Of a stretch of DNA of 52,535 nt, positions 43,907 through 52,535 are shown piece after piece. A program made the position numbers and the translations under genes. The notes beneath the pieces were generated by a model that had not been told where the DNA came from, did no database searches, and saw only the letters and a program-made list of their open reading frames with translations. The stretch's first letter is position 1, and every line of letters begins with the position of its first letter. The DNA comes from a virus (Duplodnaviria > Caudoviricetes). Location: IMG/VR virus record IMGVR_UViG_3300020477_000037, positions 1 through 52,535 of that record, one strand, 5' to 3'.

Positions 43907-46197
43907 TGGCTGAAGAGATTAGACCAGAGGTTAGAGAGTTATTTGATATAGCTGCAAAGATTGCTGTTAATGAACAAAGGCAACGTGGGGCAGAAACACA
44001 AGGGCAAATAGCTCAATATATACCGACAAGAGGTCAACAAGTTGCTGGTATTGCTCGTCCGGTCATCAGTGCAGGTATGCAATTTACCACTCCTATGCCT
44101 GTCCCTCAAGGTGCTTACAGTATGCTTGATTCCGTAGGTATGCAAGACGCTGCTTTTTCTGCTGTTATAAATGGATTGGATTATATAGCTAGTGGCGGGA
44201 AGACGGACTTTGTACAATCTGCAATACCACAAGTCATTGGGCGTATAAGTAATGAAGCTGGTAGATACATAGCTCATGAAGCTGCTTCTAATATGATGCA
44301 AGGGCCAAATTATATATTTTACGATGATGCGGGGGTTGCTGTTTCACCGTCCACAGGTGTCCCGCATGAGCTTGTATATGACAAAGCAGCTATGGATAAA
44401 GCTATTGCTGCTAATCCTGCTGCTACTGGTCTATCCGCAGCGGCACTTGGTTATAGTCTCTATAGGTTAGCCGATGATCCTAATATAATGAATGTTGGCA
44501 GTACATTGGCAAGTGGGGCATCACTGGCTGGCAAGCTAGGTGCTGGAGGCGTATCGGCTGTAAAGCCTGTTATCGGTAAAGCTGCTGCTGCTGGTGCTGG
44601 TAAAGCTGTCGCTGGGGCTGGAATGGCTCAGTTTGGTACTGCTTTAGGCGGTGCTATGGCTGTAGCTATGGCGGTTAAGATGGGCATTGATGCTATGGGG
44701 CCAAAACTCCATGCAGGTGAAAGAACATTTGGTATGACAATGAATAATATTTTAGAGTCTGCCGTCCAATCTGGGAATGCTGTTTTATCTGATCCGCAGA
44801 TAGCATTGGCTATGTCTAGGTTACAACTACCTAATGAAGGATCTGATTCTGTAGGAGATGCAATTGATGCTTATATGTTAGGCGTATTACCCGGAACTGG
44901 TAAGGCTGGCGGATCACCAGAGGTAGACCAGCATACAATAGCTGGTTTTAACAAAATGATATCATTAGGAATGATAACTCCAGAGGCTCTTGACGATCTG
45001 TTTACTCACGATCTTGGTTATTTTAGAGGGAAGATTGGGCAAGGTGTATCATTTAATGACCAGAGCTTACAGCCAGAACCATCCCAAAAAATGATCAACC
45101 AAGTCACAACTAAGTTGACTAATCAATATAACAGGGAAGTTGTTCCTAAGATGCAGGAAACCTATAATGCTTTTTTTAATAATCCTGAAAATAGGGATTC
45201 CTTGACATCTTCAGTACAAGATGCTTTGCGTGAAGCTGGTAGGGTTGATGTTAGATTTAATGCGAGTGCGTTAAGACCTATAAATATTGGTGGCGATGAT
45301 GAGGGCAGTAATGAAATAACAAGCCCAGATCAATATATTGCTGCCGTGAGAAACCAACTAGCTAGGGCTTTTTTAGTAAATGACGGGAATGATGATTTAC
45401 CTATGAATCCTCAAGCGTTGGAAGGATTAATGAATAGGGTTCCAAAACTAAGGCAATTGCTTGGCCCTGTCATGGCTCCATCTCAACCTCAAGCAAGGAA
45501 GTTGCATCCGATAGAATCTTATTCAAAAACAATCAAAGAAGAAGAAGTGCTAGATCAGCCGGTAGAAGAAGTTGATCCGGTACAACAAAAACTAATTCAA
45601 AATGTAACTGAGTCTGTTACAGCATTTGCTGATGCTGGTAAAAGAGGAGAGCAAAGACCTACTGGGTTGTTAGGTGTTGGGTCTTTCGCACAGAACGCTT
45701 TTGTGGCACAAGAGCAGTTTGTGGATCGACATTTAGGCAACCCATTAGTTCAGCAGATGTTAACACAGGAGATTGGTAGGGCTGGTCGCCCTTATGAAAA
45801 TCCTGATAGTCCTTGGTATGATCCTGAACGTGCTGCTAAATCTAAACCTACTATGCATAGTATGATAGTGGGAATTAACAAAACTATGAAGAGATTTGAA
45901 GAGATGGGGATGCCGAAACCTTTAGAAGCTGCTGTGCCACAGCCACAGCCACAGCCACAGCCAAGCCAAGAGGCTACTGGTGGTATATTTAGTCCATCTC
46001 AAGCGGAAGAATATCGTCAAGAAGAGGTAGTGCAGAGAATGCAAGAAAAAGCATCACATACTGGGTCTTTCGGAAGTAGTGTTTTTGGAATCAATGAAAT
46101 ACCGCAGGATATATTTAGTCGTCTTAATGTTCATGCCCAAAAGCGATTGCGTGGGGGTGGTAAAGTTCCATTAAATTTAGCATACTATGAGTATTAA
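43906..46197 (+). CDS. Large Gly/Ala-rich virion-associated protein (possible ejection or membrane-spanning protein)
   Basis: Long G/A-rich hydrophobic stretch at about aa 165-265; PQPQPQPQP linker; TAATG-coupled to the adaptor. Confidence 0.5.
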   Translation: MAEEIRPEVRELFDIAAKIAVNEQRQRGAETQGQIAQYIPTRGQQVAGIARPVISAGMQFTTPMPVPQGAYSMLDSVGMQDAAFSAVINGLDYIASGGKTDFVQSAIPQVIGRISNEAGRYIAHEAASNMMQGPNYIFYDDAGVAVSPSTGVPHELVYDKAAMDKAIAANPAATGLSAAALGYSLYRLADDPNIMNVGSTLASGASLAGKLGAGGVSAVKPVIGKAAAAGAGKAVAGAGMAQFGTALGGAMAVAMAVKMGIDAMGPKLHAGERTFGMTMNNILESAVQSGNAVLSDPQIALAMSRLQLPNEGSDSVGDAIDAYMLGVLPGTGKAGGSPEVDQHTIAGFNKMISLGMITPEALDDLFTHDLGYFRGKIGQGVSFNDQSLQPEPSQKMINQVTTKLTNQYNREVVPKMQETYNAFFNNPENRDSLTSSVQDALREAGRVDVRFNASALRPINIGGDDEGSNEITSPDQYIAAVRNQLARAFLVNDGNDDLPMNPQALEGLMNRVPKLRQLLGPVMAPSQPQARKLHPIESYSKTIKEEEVLDQPVEEVDPVQQKLIQNVTESVTAFADAGKRGEQRPTGLLGVGSFAQNAFVAQEQFVDRHLGNPLVQQMLTQEIGRAGRPYENPDSPWYDPERAAKSKPTMHSMIVGINKTMKRFEEMGMPKPLEAAVPQPQPQPQPSQEATGGIFSPSQAEEYRQEEVVQRMQEKASHTGSFGSSVFGINEIPQDIFSRLNVHAQKRLRGGGKVPLNLAYYEY

Positions 46198-46199
46198 TA

Positions 46200-48527
46200 A
46201 TGGCAATGTCTAGTAAAACATTTGTAGCAAATAAGAGGGGGTTGTTTGATATAGCTCAATCTGAAGGTTTGATTGGTGATGATTTCGCATTAGAGCTTCA
46301 AAACGCCCGTATTTCTATCAACGGTGAAGTTCGTAAGAGAAGGGGAAGAGTGAAGTTAAATACAACTGCTTTCTCCGGCACACCTGATATTAATACTGTT
46401 ACAGTCTTTGACGGTGATTTTGTCCCATCTTATGAAATCATAGCAACCGCTGGGGAAGATATAAGGAAGTATAATAGTTCTACTAATGCATTTGATTTAA
46501 TAGAGACTGGATATACTAGTGGTAAACGATTTAGTACAACTCATTTTAGGGGTAATTTAATTCTAACGAATGGAGAGGAGTTGCCGTTTAAGTATGGTTA
46601 TGTTGGTAAACCAGCACAACCTACTACCGGCACGAGTGGCAGTGGTTCGTTGTCTGCAAGGACATATTTTGTAAAAACATCGTATGTATCGTCACAGATT
46701 GATCAAAGTCATATTACGAATAGTGGCTCTGATAATATCGGTGATACTTCATCTAATCTTTTTCGCTCTCAAGTGTTTCAGGCTGGGACTACATCCTGTA
46801 TTAATCGAGTGAAGCTTCGATTAAAACGTGTGGGTAATCCTACTGATAACATACAAGTTTCCGTTAGAGCTACGGATGGTAGCGGGGTTCCCACAGGTTC
46901 AGACTTAACCAATCAAGTTTCAGTTGCGATATCTACTATCAAGACTGAATATCAATTTATTGAATTTGCTTTTAGTACTTATGCTTCATTAACTTCTGGT
47001 ACTAAATACGCAATTATTATAACTCGTAGCGGTTCGGCAGACTCCTCTAATTATATCCAAATTGCTAAAGATACTGCCGGTGGCTATTCGGATGGGGCGG
47101 TATATTCATCGAGTGCCGGTTCATCTTGGACTGAGACCACTTCAACGGATTTTAATTTTAATACCTATCTGTTATCTGGAGAATCTAAACCAAGCAATCA
47201 GAAGGAACAAGCTTTATCTGCAAGCAATGTTTTAACAGTAACGGCTCCAATAGCTACGGACGGTGCGGTTGCTTATAATGTTTATGTGTCGGAAACATCT
47301 AATGCTGAAGTTAAACAGACCGAAAAGCCTGTAGCATTAGGGTCTAATTTCACAGAACCTGACAGCGGTCTGGTTAGTTTAGGGGCATTACCAACTCTTT
47401 ATACAAGTTGGTATACTAAGGAATTAGATGCGGTAACGGATTATGGTAAAATAGTATTTAGTATGAATGGCAGGATTTGGTTTGCCGGATTTGAAGATGA
47501 ACCATTAAAGATCCTTGGGTCTGCCCTAGATAAAGATAATGATTATACAACTGCAAACGATTCGGTTGTTCTGGATTTGGGTAGCCATGTAACTCGTGGT
47601 GATGAAATTGTCGCTCTGAATCGTTTTGGTTTAACGAATAATCTTATTATTGCATTAAAGAATCATTTCATTCGTTGGAATGTACCGGCAGAATTTAACA
47701 GTATTGTTGTAAGTGATGTATTATTTAATGTTGGGGCAATGTCACAGAGATGTGTAACGAGCGTACCTTTTGGAAGATCTGACATATTTATGCTGGGCCA
47801 AGAGGGTTTAAGCTCTATTAATGTTGAGGTTATAACGGGTGGTCTTGGGGCTAAAAAACTCACTAAAAATATTGAAGATAGGTTAAAGCCTATTTTAGTT
47901 GGAGTTACAGATCAATCAGAAGTAAATGCGATTAATTTTAAATTTGATAGAGAATATATTGTTTCGGTTCCATCTGTTAGCAAGAGGTTTATTTTTGATT
48001 ATGAATTAAAAGCGTGGTCTGAAGATAGAAATATTAAGGTTAATGATATGACTGTTACCCCAGATGGATTTCTTTTATCTGCCGGAGATGATGGGTTTGT
48101 TTACAGGGAATATCAAACATCTGCTCGTGTGAATGTATATGGGGATAGTAACAATGATTCTGATGTTTCTTTTAGGTGGGACACCCCTTGGTTAACTGTG
48201 GATAGAGCCGATGTAAAGAAAGCCTTTAAGTACTTTCAATTTAAAGGTACAGGTTCAGGAACTTTCAAGTTGGATGTTTTCTATGATTATGATACAACTG
48301 CTTACAAGAGTATCTATTTACAGTCTGATCCGTCCTTATGGGATGAATCAACGTCTGAATGGGATTCCACTTATTGGGATTTCCCAGATATCAACAAGGT
48401 TTTAATCCCGCTTATAGGACGTGGAAAAGTGGTTAAATTTTCTTTTACCGCAACACACCGAGCCGGATTAAGTATATCTTACTACGGTGTTAAATATGTT
48501 AAAAGCGGATTTAGAGGAAACGACTAA
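46200..48527 (+). CDS. Tail nozzle / DNA stabilisation protein with an inserted choice-of-anchor-R-like domain
   Basis: LQNARISINGEVRKRRG start, GRIWFAG, RWDTPWL...KKAFK end; insert at about 46690..47175. Confidence 0.75.
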   Translation: MAMSSKTFVANKRGLFDIAQSEGLIGDDFALELQNARISINGEVRKRRGRVKLNTTAFSGTPDINTVTVFDGDFVPSYEIIATAGEDIRKYNSSTNAFDLIETGYTSGKRFSTTHFRGNLILTNGEELPFKYGYVGKPAQPTTGTSGSGSLSARTYFVKTSYVSSQIDQSHITNSGSDNIGDTSSNLFRSQVFQAGTTSCINRVKLRLKRVGNPTDNIQVSVRATDGSGVPTGSDLTNQVSVAISTIKTEYQFIEFAFSTYASLTSGTKYAIIITRSGSADSSNYIQIAKDTAGGYSDGAVYSSSAGSSWTETTSTDFNFNTYLLSGESKPSNQKEQALSASNVLTVTAPIATDGAVAYNVYVSETSNAEVKQTEKPVALGSNFTEPDSGLVSLGALPTLYTSWYTKELDAVTDYGKIVFSMNGRIWFAGFEDEPLKILGSALDKDNDYTTANDSVVLDLGSHVTRGDEIVALNRFGLTNNLIIALKNHFIRWNVPAEFNSIVVSDVLFNVGAMSQRCVTSVPFGRSDIFMLGQEGLSSINVEVITGGLGAKKLTKNIEDRLKPILVGVTDQSEVNAINFKFDREYIVSVPSVSKRFIFDYELKAWSEDRNIKVNDMTVTPDGFLLSAGDDGFVYREYQTSARVNVYGDSNNDSDVSFRWDTPWLTVDRADVKKAFKYFQFKGTGSGTFKLDVFYDYDTTAYKSIYLQSDPSLWDESTSEWDSTYWDFPDINKVLIPLIGRGKVVKFSFTATHRAGLSISYYGVKYVKSGFRGND

Positions 48528-51500
48528 TGGCTACTGGATACACTAGACAACATGATTTTACTACAGATAGAGATGCAACCCCCCCTATTCCAGTAAAGGC
48601 TGATAGGGTTGACGCAGAGCTTGATGCTATTAAAACCTCGATAGATACTATTGTTGGGTCTAATGGCACAACAACTGCAATGCTTGCTGACCTAGCTGTT
48701 ACCACGGCTAAAATAGCGGATAGTGCTGTGACTACAGCTAAAATAGCTGATAGTGCGGTAACTTCTGCTAAGTTTGCAGATAGTGCTGTATCTACCGCAA
48801 AACTTGCTGACAGTTCTGTGACTACAGCAAAGATTACGGATGCTAATATTACAACCGCAAAGATAGCTGATGCGAATGTAACTACAGCAAAAATAGCAGA
48901 TAGTTCTGTTACAACTGCGAAGATAGCAGACGTTAATGTTACTACAGCAAAAATAGCGGATGCAAACGTAACCACAGGAAAGATTGCTGACGATGCCGTT
49001 ACTACTGCAAAGATAACAAACGCAAATGTAACTACAGCAAAAATTGCAGACTCGAATGTGACAACGGCAAAAATTGCCGATGACGCAGTAACTACCGCAA
49101 AAGTTCTTAACTCAAACGTAACTACAGCCAAGATTGCGGATGTAAACGTAACAACGGCTAAGATTGCTGATAGTGCGGTAACCACTGCAAAGGTGGCGGA
49201 TGTTAATATCACTTCAGGCAAGATAGCAGATGGTGCTGTGGCGGAAGCTAAGATTGCAGATACCGCTGTAACTGCTGGAAAGATAGCAAGTAACGCTGTT
49301 ACTACTGCTAAAATTAATGATGCTAATGTAACCACAGCAAAAATAGCAGATGATGCGGTTACGACAGCCAAGGTTGCAGACAACGCAATTACCAACGCAA
49401 AACTTCCATCTGGGATGGCTTTAGATGCAACTAAAATAGCTGATGGAACTGTTAGTAACGCAGAGTTTCAATATTTAAATGGTGCTACTTCAGGCATACA
49501 AGCTCAATTCGACAGCTTAGTAGATCCCGGATTCAGCGTTGATGAAACTAATACTAATACAGCCAAGAATAAATTCGTTTCAAATAATCTAGCTAAAGGA
49601 TGGCAAGATACCAAGACTGCATTTGATGCCCAAGATATTAGCGTACAGACTAATCCATTGACTATGGATGAAGAGAGTACTCCGTCTGCCCCTGCTTCTA
49701 ATAAACATAAGTTATATTTTAAAAGCGATGAAAAATTATATAAGATAAATAGTAGTGGGACGGAAATACAGGTTGGCGGTGATTCAGATTTAGTTTCTAT
49801 GAATACGGCTGATATATTTTTACTTAATGCTCGTAGATTGTCAGATCATTCAGCTAATGTGCTTAATGTAGTCGATGGATTTACAGATAATATGCAAGAT
49901 GGTAGCACTCAAAACAATACAGCTATAAATATATCTGGTTCCAGTAACATAGCCCATGATAACACTAGTAAATACTGGCAGAATACTAGAGGTAGTGCAG
50001 GACTGACTACTGACATAGCGTATACTACAGAGTCTAACTATACTCAGCAAGAATGGACTACGGCAATCGTAGGTTCATCAAATGCTACCTTTACAAACAG
50101 TTCTGCAACTGTAACTATTTCTTCAGGCACATGGCCTGCTAATTGTGATAACGGTAGGATTACTCAAGACGGTACTAACTGGTATGATATTTCTAGTCGT
50201 GACTCTACAACACAGCTAACACTTGCATCAAACTTTAGTCAATCAACTGTTACTGGAACTTATACGATTCGCATGACTGAATTTGCTACACCAGCATTAG
50301 CTGTCGATCAAAGCAACACCGACGGCAATGATGAGACTCACTTTGGTGCTGCAAGTGGCACAAGAAAAGTTGCACAAAGTTTTGTGGCGGGTTCTACTGG
50401 AAACCTCTCTAAAATCACGGTTGATTTCAAAAAAGCCAGCTCATCAAGCCCAACTGATTCGTTGTCGGCAACTATACAGTCAGACAACTCTGATTCACCC
50501 TCTGGTACTGCACTAAGCTCTGCCACAACTCTTGCTTCTGGCAGTATTGGTGCGGGGTCTTGGGGTACGCATGAATTTGTATTTTCTTCAGGTGCGAGTG
50601 TTGTGTCAGGAACAAAGTATTGGATACATGTTGAGCGATCTCCAGACCCAGATAAATACGATGACGGTGGATATTATGTTAAGCGAGCCAACGGTTCTGT
50701 TACTGGTTATGAAGATGGAAAATGTGTTAAATGGGACGGTTCTTCATGGAGCGATGTGAACGGCACACATGACTTTAACTTTGCCACTTATGTACAACCA
50801 AGTGCCGTGGTCAGTCTAAACACTCGCTCTTCAACCGCTTCTGCCAGTACAGAAACACAAACCACGGGTCATTCGGACAGTGCCCGCAGTAATGGTGTGG
50901 CGATTCTCGGTGCTGGCGGTGGTAACGAAAAGGGTTCGCAAGAATTTAAAGCAAATCAGGCAGGTGACATTACTGCGGTAATTTTCGAAGCGTATAAAGA
51001 CGGCTCTCCGGGTGATAACTATAAGATGGAGCTATACGCATCGAGTACAGCCACCTCAGTGGGCGGCACTCCTACGGGATCGGCTTTAGCAACCACCGCT
51101 GACTTTGGCGCATCATCGCTCTCTGGGTCTGCTTGGACTGAAATCACTGGCACCCTTAGTTCTGCCTATACGCCAACGCTTAACAACTATTATCACCTAG
51201 TGTTTTCACGAACAGGTAGCCGTGATACGAGTAATCATATTAGGTTAAATTCGAGTAGCGGCAATGAATACTCTGACGGATCGCACCGTGAGATGGGTAG
51301 CGGCTCGTGGGGGTCTGCGACAGGATATGATCTGAAATTCACAGTCAAGCAAGACGCCACCACAACGGTTAATCCAATCACAGAGCCTGTAACCACAGTA
51401 CCTACCTTCGCAACTCTTAAAGACGCAAGTGCTTGGTCTGATCTGAATAGTGTGGCTATTACTGATACGCCTTATGATGGTGGACATACCTTTACGGCAA

Positions 51501-52535
51501 CTGGTGGGGCAAAAATAGTAACATCTGCGACTGGTGATTTTGACGCTACTGGGTCAGGTACAGCCTCTGCTAGTCACGACAGTTCTGAGGCGGCAGATTT
51601 GTTTGATGGCAGTTTAAGTTCTAAATGGGGGTTAGCAGAAAGCGACTCCCCCGCTTGTTGGTGGAAGTATGATTTTGGATCAGGTGTTACCAAGACTTTG
51701 ACAAAGATGATTGTATACTCGGCAGATAGCAGTGGTTATGGCCCTGCCAATTTTACCTTCGAAGGCTCAAATAACGATTCTGACTGGACGGTGCTAAGCA
51801 CTCAAACTGGACAGGCATATTCAGCGAATACTTACTACACCTACACATGGTCAAACACGACTGCATATAGATATTATAGGATGAATATCAGTCAGTGGGA
51901 AGATACTGATGGAGGCACTCGTTATCTGGAGTTGCGTGATGTGCAACTCATCGAGGGAACTGTCTCGCCAAAATTCGGTACAGCGATGCTAGACGTAGCG
52001 ACTGGTGGCGACAACTATATCTCTGCACCAGATAGTGATGACTGGGACATGACTACAGATTTTGCTATTGATTTTTGGATGAACCACAGGACGCTAGTTA
52101 ATTCGGGGAATATACTTTTGCAATATGAAGATAGCGATAATTATCATCACTTGTCTTTAAGTGGAACCACGGCACTTGAGTGGAAGGTGAGAACTGGTGG
52201 CTCTAACAACTGGGCCGAAGTCTCGTCTGGCGTAACTATCACTGCGGGTACTTGGTTCCATGTCGCACTTGTCATGTCTGGCTCTGCATCAAATGTCACG
52301 GCATACTTAAATGGCACTAGAGTTATTAATACTACCGTAGGTGCTGGCGCACCTGTTGGTATAGATGCAGTGATGAAGCTTGGTGGTGACATATCTGCCG
52401 CCGCAGGTGCTGAAATGGATGGTTGGATTGATGAGTTCAGATTTAGTAATGTAGACAGGGGCTGGACTGGTGCAACAATTACTGTTCCAACCTCTGCACA
52501 TTCCTTAGATTCGGATACACGATGCTTGTTGCATT
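48527..52535 (+). CDS. Tail fibre / receptor-binding protein, N-terminal ~1336 aa (open at contig end; about 1595 aa if joined to 10..909)
   Basis: ATG 48527 (TAATG overlap), MATGYTRQHDF...; about 25 VTTAKIADxx repeats, two choice-of-anchor-R-like domains, a discoidin domain and LamG. Frame checked at several points; probably absent from the ORF track because it has no stop in the window. Confidence 0.85.
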   Translation, partial: MATGYTRQHDFTTDRDATPPIPVKADRVDAELDAIKTSIDTIVGSNGTTTAMLADLAVTTAKIADSAVTTAKIADSAVTSAKFADSAVSTAKLADSSVTTAKITDANITTAKIADANVTTAKIADSSVTTAKIADVNVTTAKIADANVTTGKIADDAVTTAKITNANVTTAKIADSNVTTAKIADDAVTTAKVLNSNVTTAKIADVNVTTAKIADSAVTTAKVADVNITSGKIADGAVAEAKIADTAVTAGKIASNAVTTAKINDANVTTAKIADDAVTTAKVADNAITNAKLPSGMALDATKIADGTVSNAEFQYLNGATSGIQAQFDSLVDPGFSVDETNTNTAKNKFVSNNLAKGWQDTKTAFDAQDISVQTNPLTMDEESTPSAPASNKHKLYFKSDEKLYKINSSGTEIQVGGDSDLVSMNTADIFLLNARRLSDHSANVLNVVDGFTDNMQDGSTQNNTAINISGSSNIAHDNTSKYWQNTRGSAGLTTDIAYTTESNYTQQEWTTAIVGSSNATFTNSSATVTISSGTWPANCDNGRITQDGTNWYDISSRDSTTQLTLASNFSQSTVTGTYTIRMTEFATPALAVDQSNTDGNDETHFGAASGTRKVAQSFVAGSTGNLSKITVDFKKASSSSPTDSLSATIQSDNSDSPSGTALSSATTLASGSIGAGSWGTHEFVFSSGASVVSGTKYWIHVERSPDPDKYDDGGYYVKRANGSVTGYEDGKCVKWDGSSWSDVNGTHDFNFATYVQPSAVVSLNTRSSTASASTETQTTGHSDSARSNGVAILGAGGGNEKGSQEFKANQAGDITAVIFEAYKDGSPGDNYKMELYASSTATSVGGTPTGSALATTADFGASSLSGSAWTEITGTLSSAYTPTLNNYYHLVFSRTGSRDTSNHIRLNSSSGNEYSDGSHREMGSGSWGSATGYDLKFTVKQDATTTVNPITEPVTTVPTFATLKDASAWSDLNSVAITDTPYDGGHTFTATGGAKIVTSATGDFDATGSGTASASHDSSEAADLFDGSLSSKWGLAESDSPACWWKYDFGSGVTKTLTKMIVYSADSSGYGPANFTFEGSNNDSDWTVLSTQTGQAYSANTYYTYTWSNTTAYRYYRMNISQWEDTDGGTRYLELRDVQLIEGTVSPKFGTAMLDVATGGDNYISAPDSDDWDMTTDFAIDFWMNHRTLVNSGNILLQYEDSDNYHHLSLSGTTALEWKVRTGGSNNWAEVSSGVTITAGTWFHVALVMSGSASNVTAYLNGTRVINTTVGAGAPVGIDAVMKLGGDISAAAGAEMDGWIDEFRFSNVDRGWTGATITVPTSAHSLDSDTRCLLH
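48668..49410 (+). repeat. About 25 tandem 30-bp (10-aa) coding repeats VTTAKIADxx
   Basis: For example GTGACTACAGCTAAAATAGCTGATAGTGCG, with synonymous divergence between units. Confidence 0.92.
52406..52535. repeat. Near-identical copy of the contig's first 130 bp (terminal overlap, copy 2)
   Basis: See 1..130. Confidence 0.95.

Noticed and set aside
48511-49395. 294-aa minus-strand repetitive ORF (AIFAVVT...)
   Set aside because: Antisense shadow of the VTTAKIAD repeats in the plus-strand tail fibre.
48668-49410. Possible CRISPR array
   Set aside because: In-frame coding tandem repeats with no unique spacers, and no cas genes.
1-52535. Stop-codon reassignment
   Set aside because: Core genes are long and intact under the standard code, and there is no suppressor tRNA.

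Overview
This window looks like an essentially complete ~52.4 kb tailed dsDNA phage genome of podovirus type. The last 130 bp nearly repeat the first 130 bp, so the contig is probably circularly permuted and opened inside the tail-fibre gene. There are two divergent arms. The minus-strand early/middle arm (32.6k to 17.6k) carries sigma70-type promoters, GP88-like, DUF932-like, HNH, a stand-alone cNMP-binding protein, DUF1064-like, a replication initiator, a T7 gp4/Twinkle-like primase-helicase, YqaJ, ERF, SSB and several lipoproteins. The plus-strand late arm (33.2k to the end, then 1 to 17.5k) carries portal, scaffold, SU10-like major capsid, a glycosyltransferase, adaptor, nozzle, a ~1600-aa tail fibre missing from the ORF track, holin/spanins, four internal virion proteins, an initiator-type tRNA-Met and the terminase genes. 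I recognised no DNA polymerase, RNA polymerase, integrase, reverse transcriptase or CRISPR array. The most notable observations are: (1) a large terminase split into separate nuclease and ATPase genes in reversed order, with a possible third, degenerate nuclease-fold paralog between them; (2) two pre-portal proteins that share a pre-toxin-like N-terminal motif but have unrelated C-terminal cargos; (3) a stand-alone cNMP-binding domain that could be an anti-defence sponge; (4) an anti-Shine-Dalgarno hairpin sRNA candidate; (5) a tRNA-fMet with U37; (6) apparent codon-level avoidance of CCWGG and GGWCC. All family assignments come from motif recognition by eye. No database searches were run.
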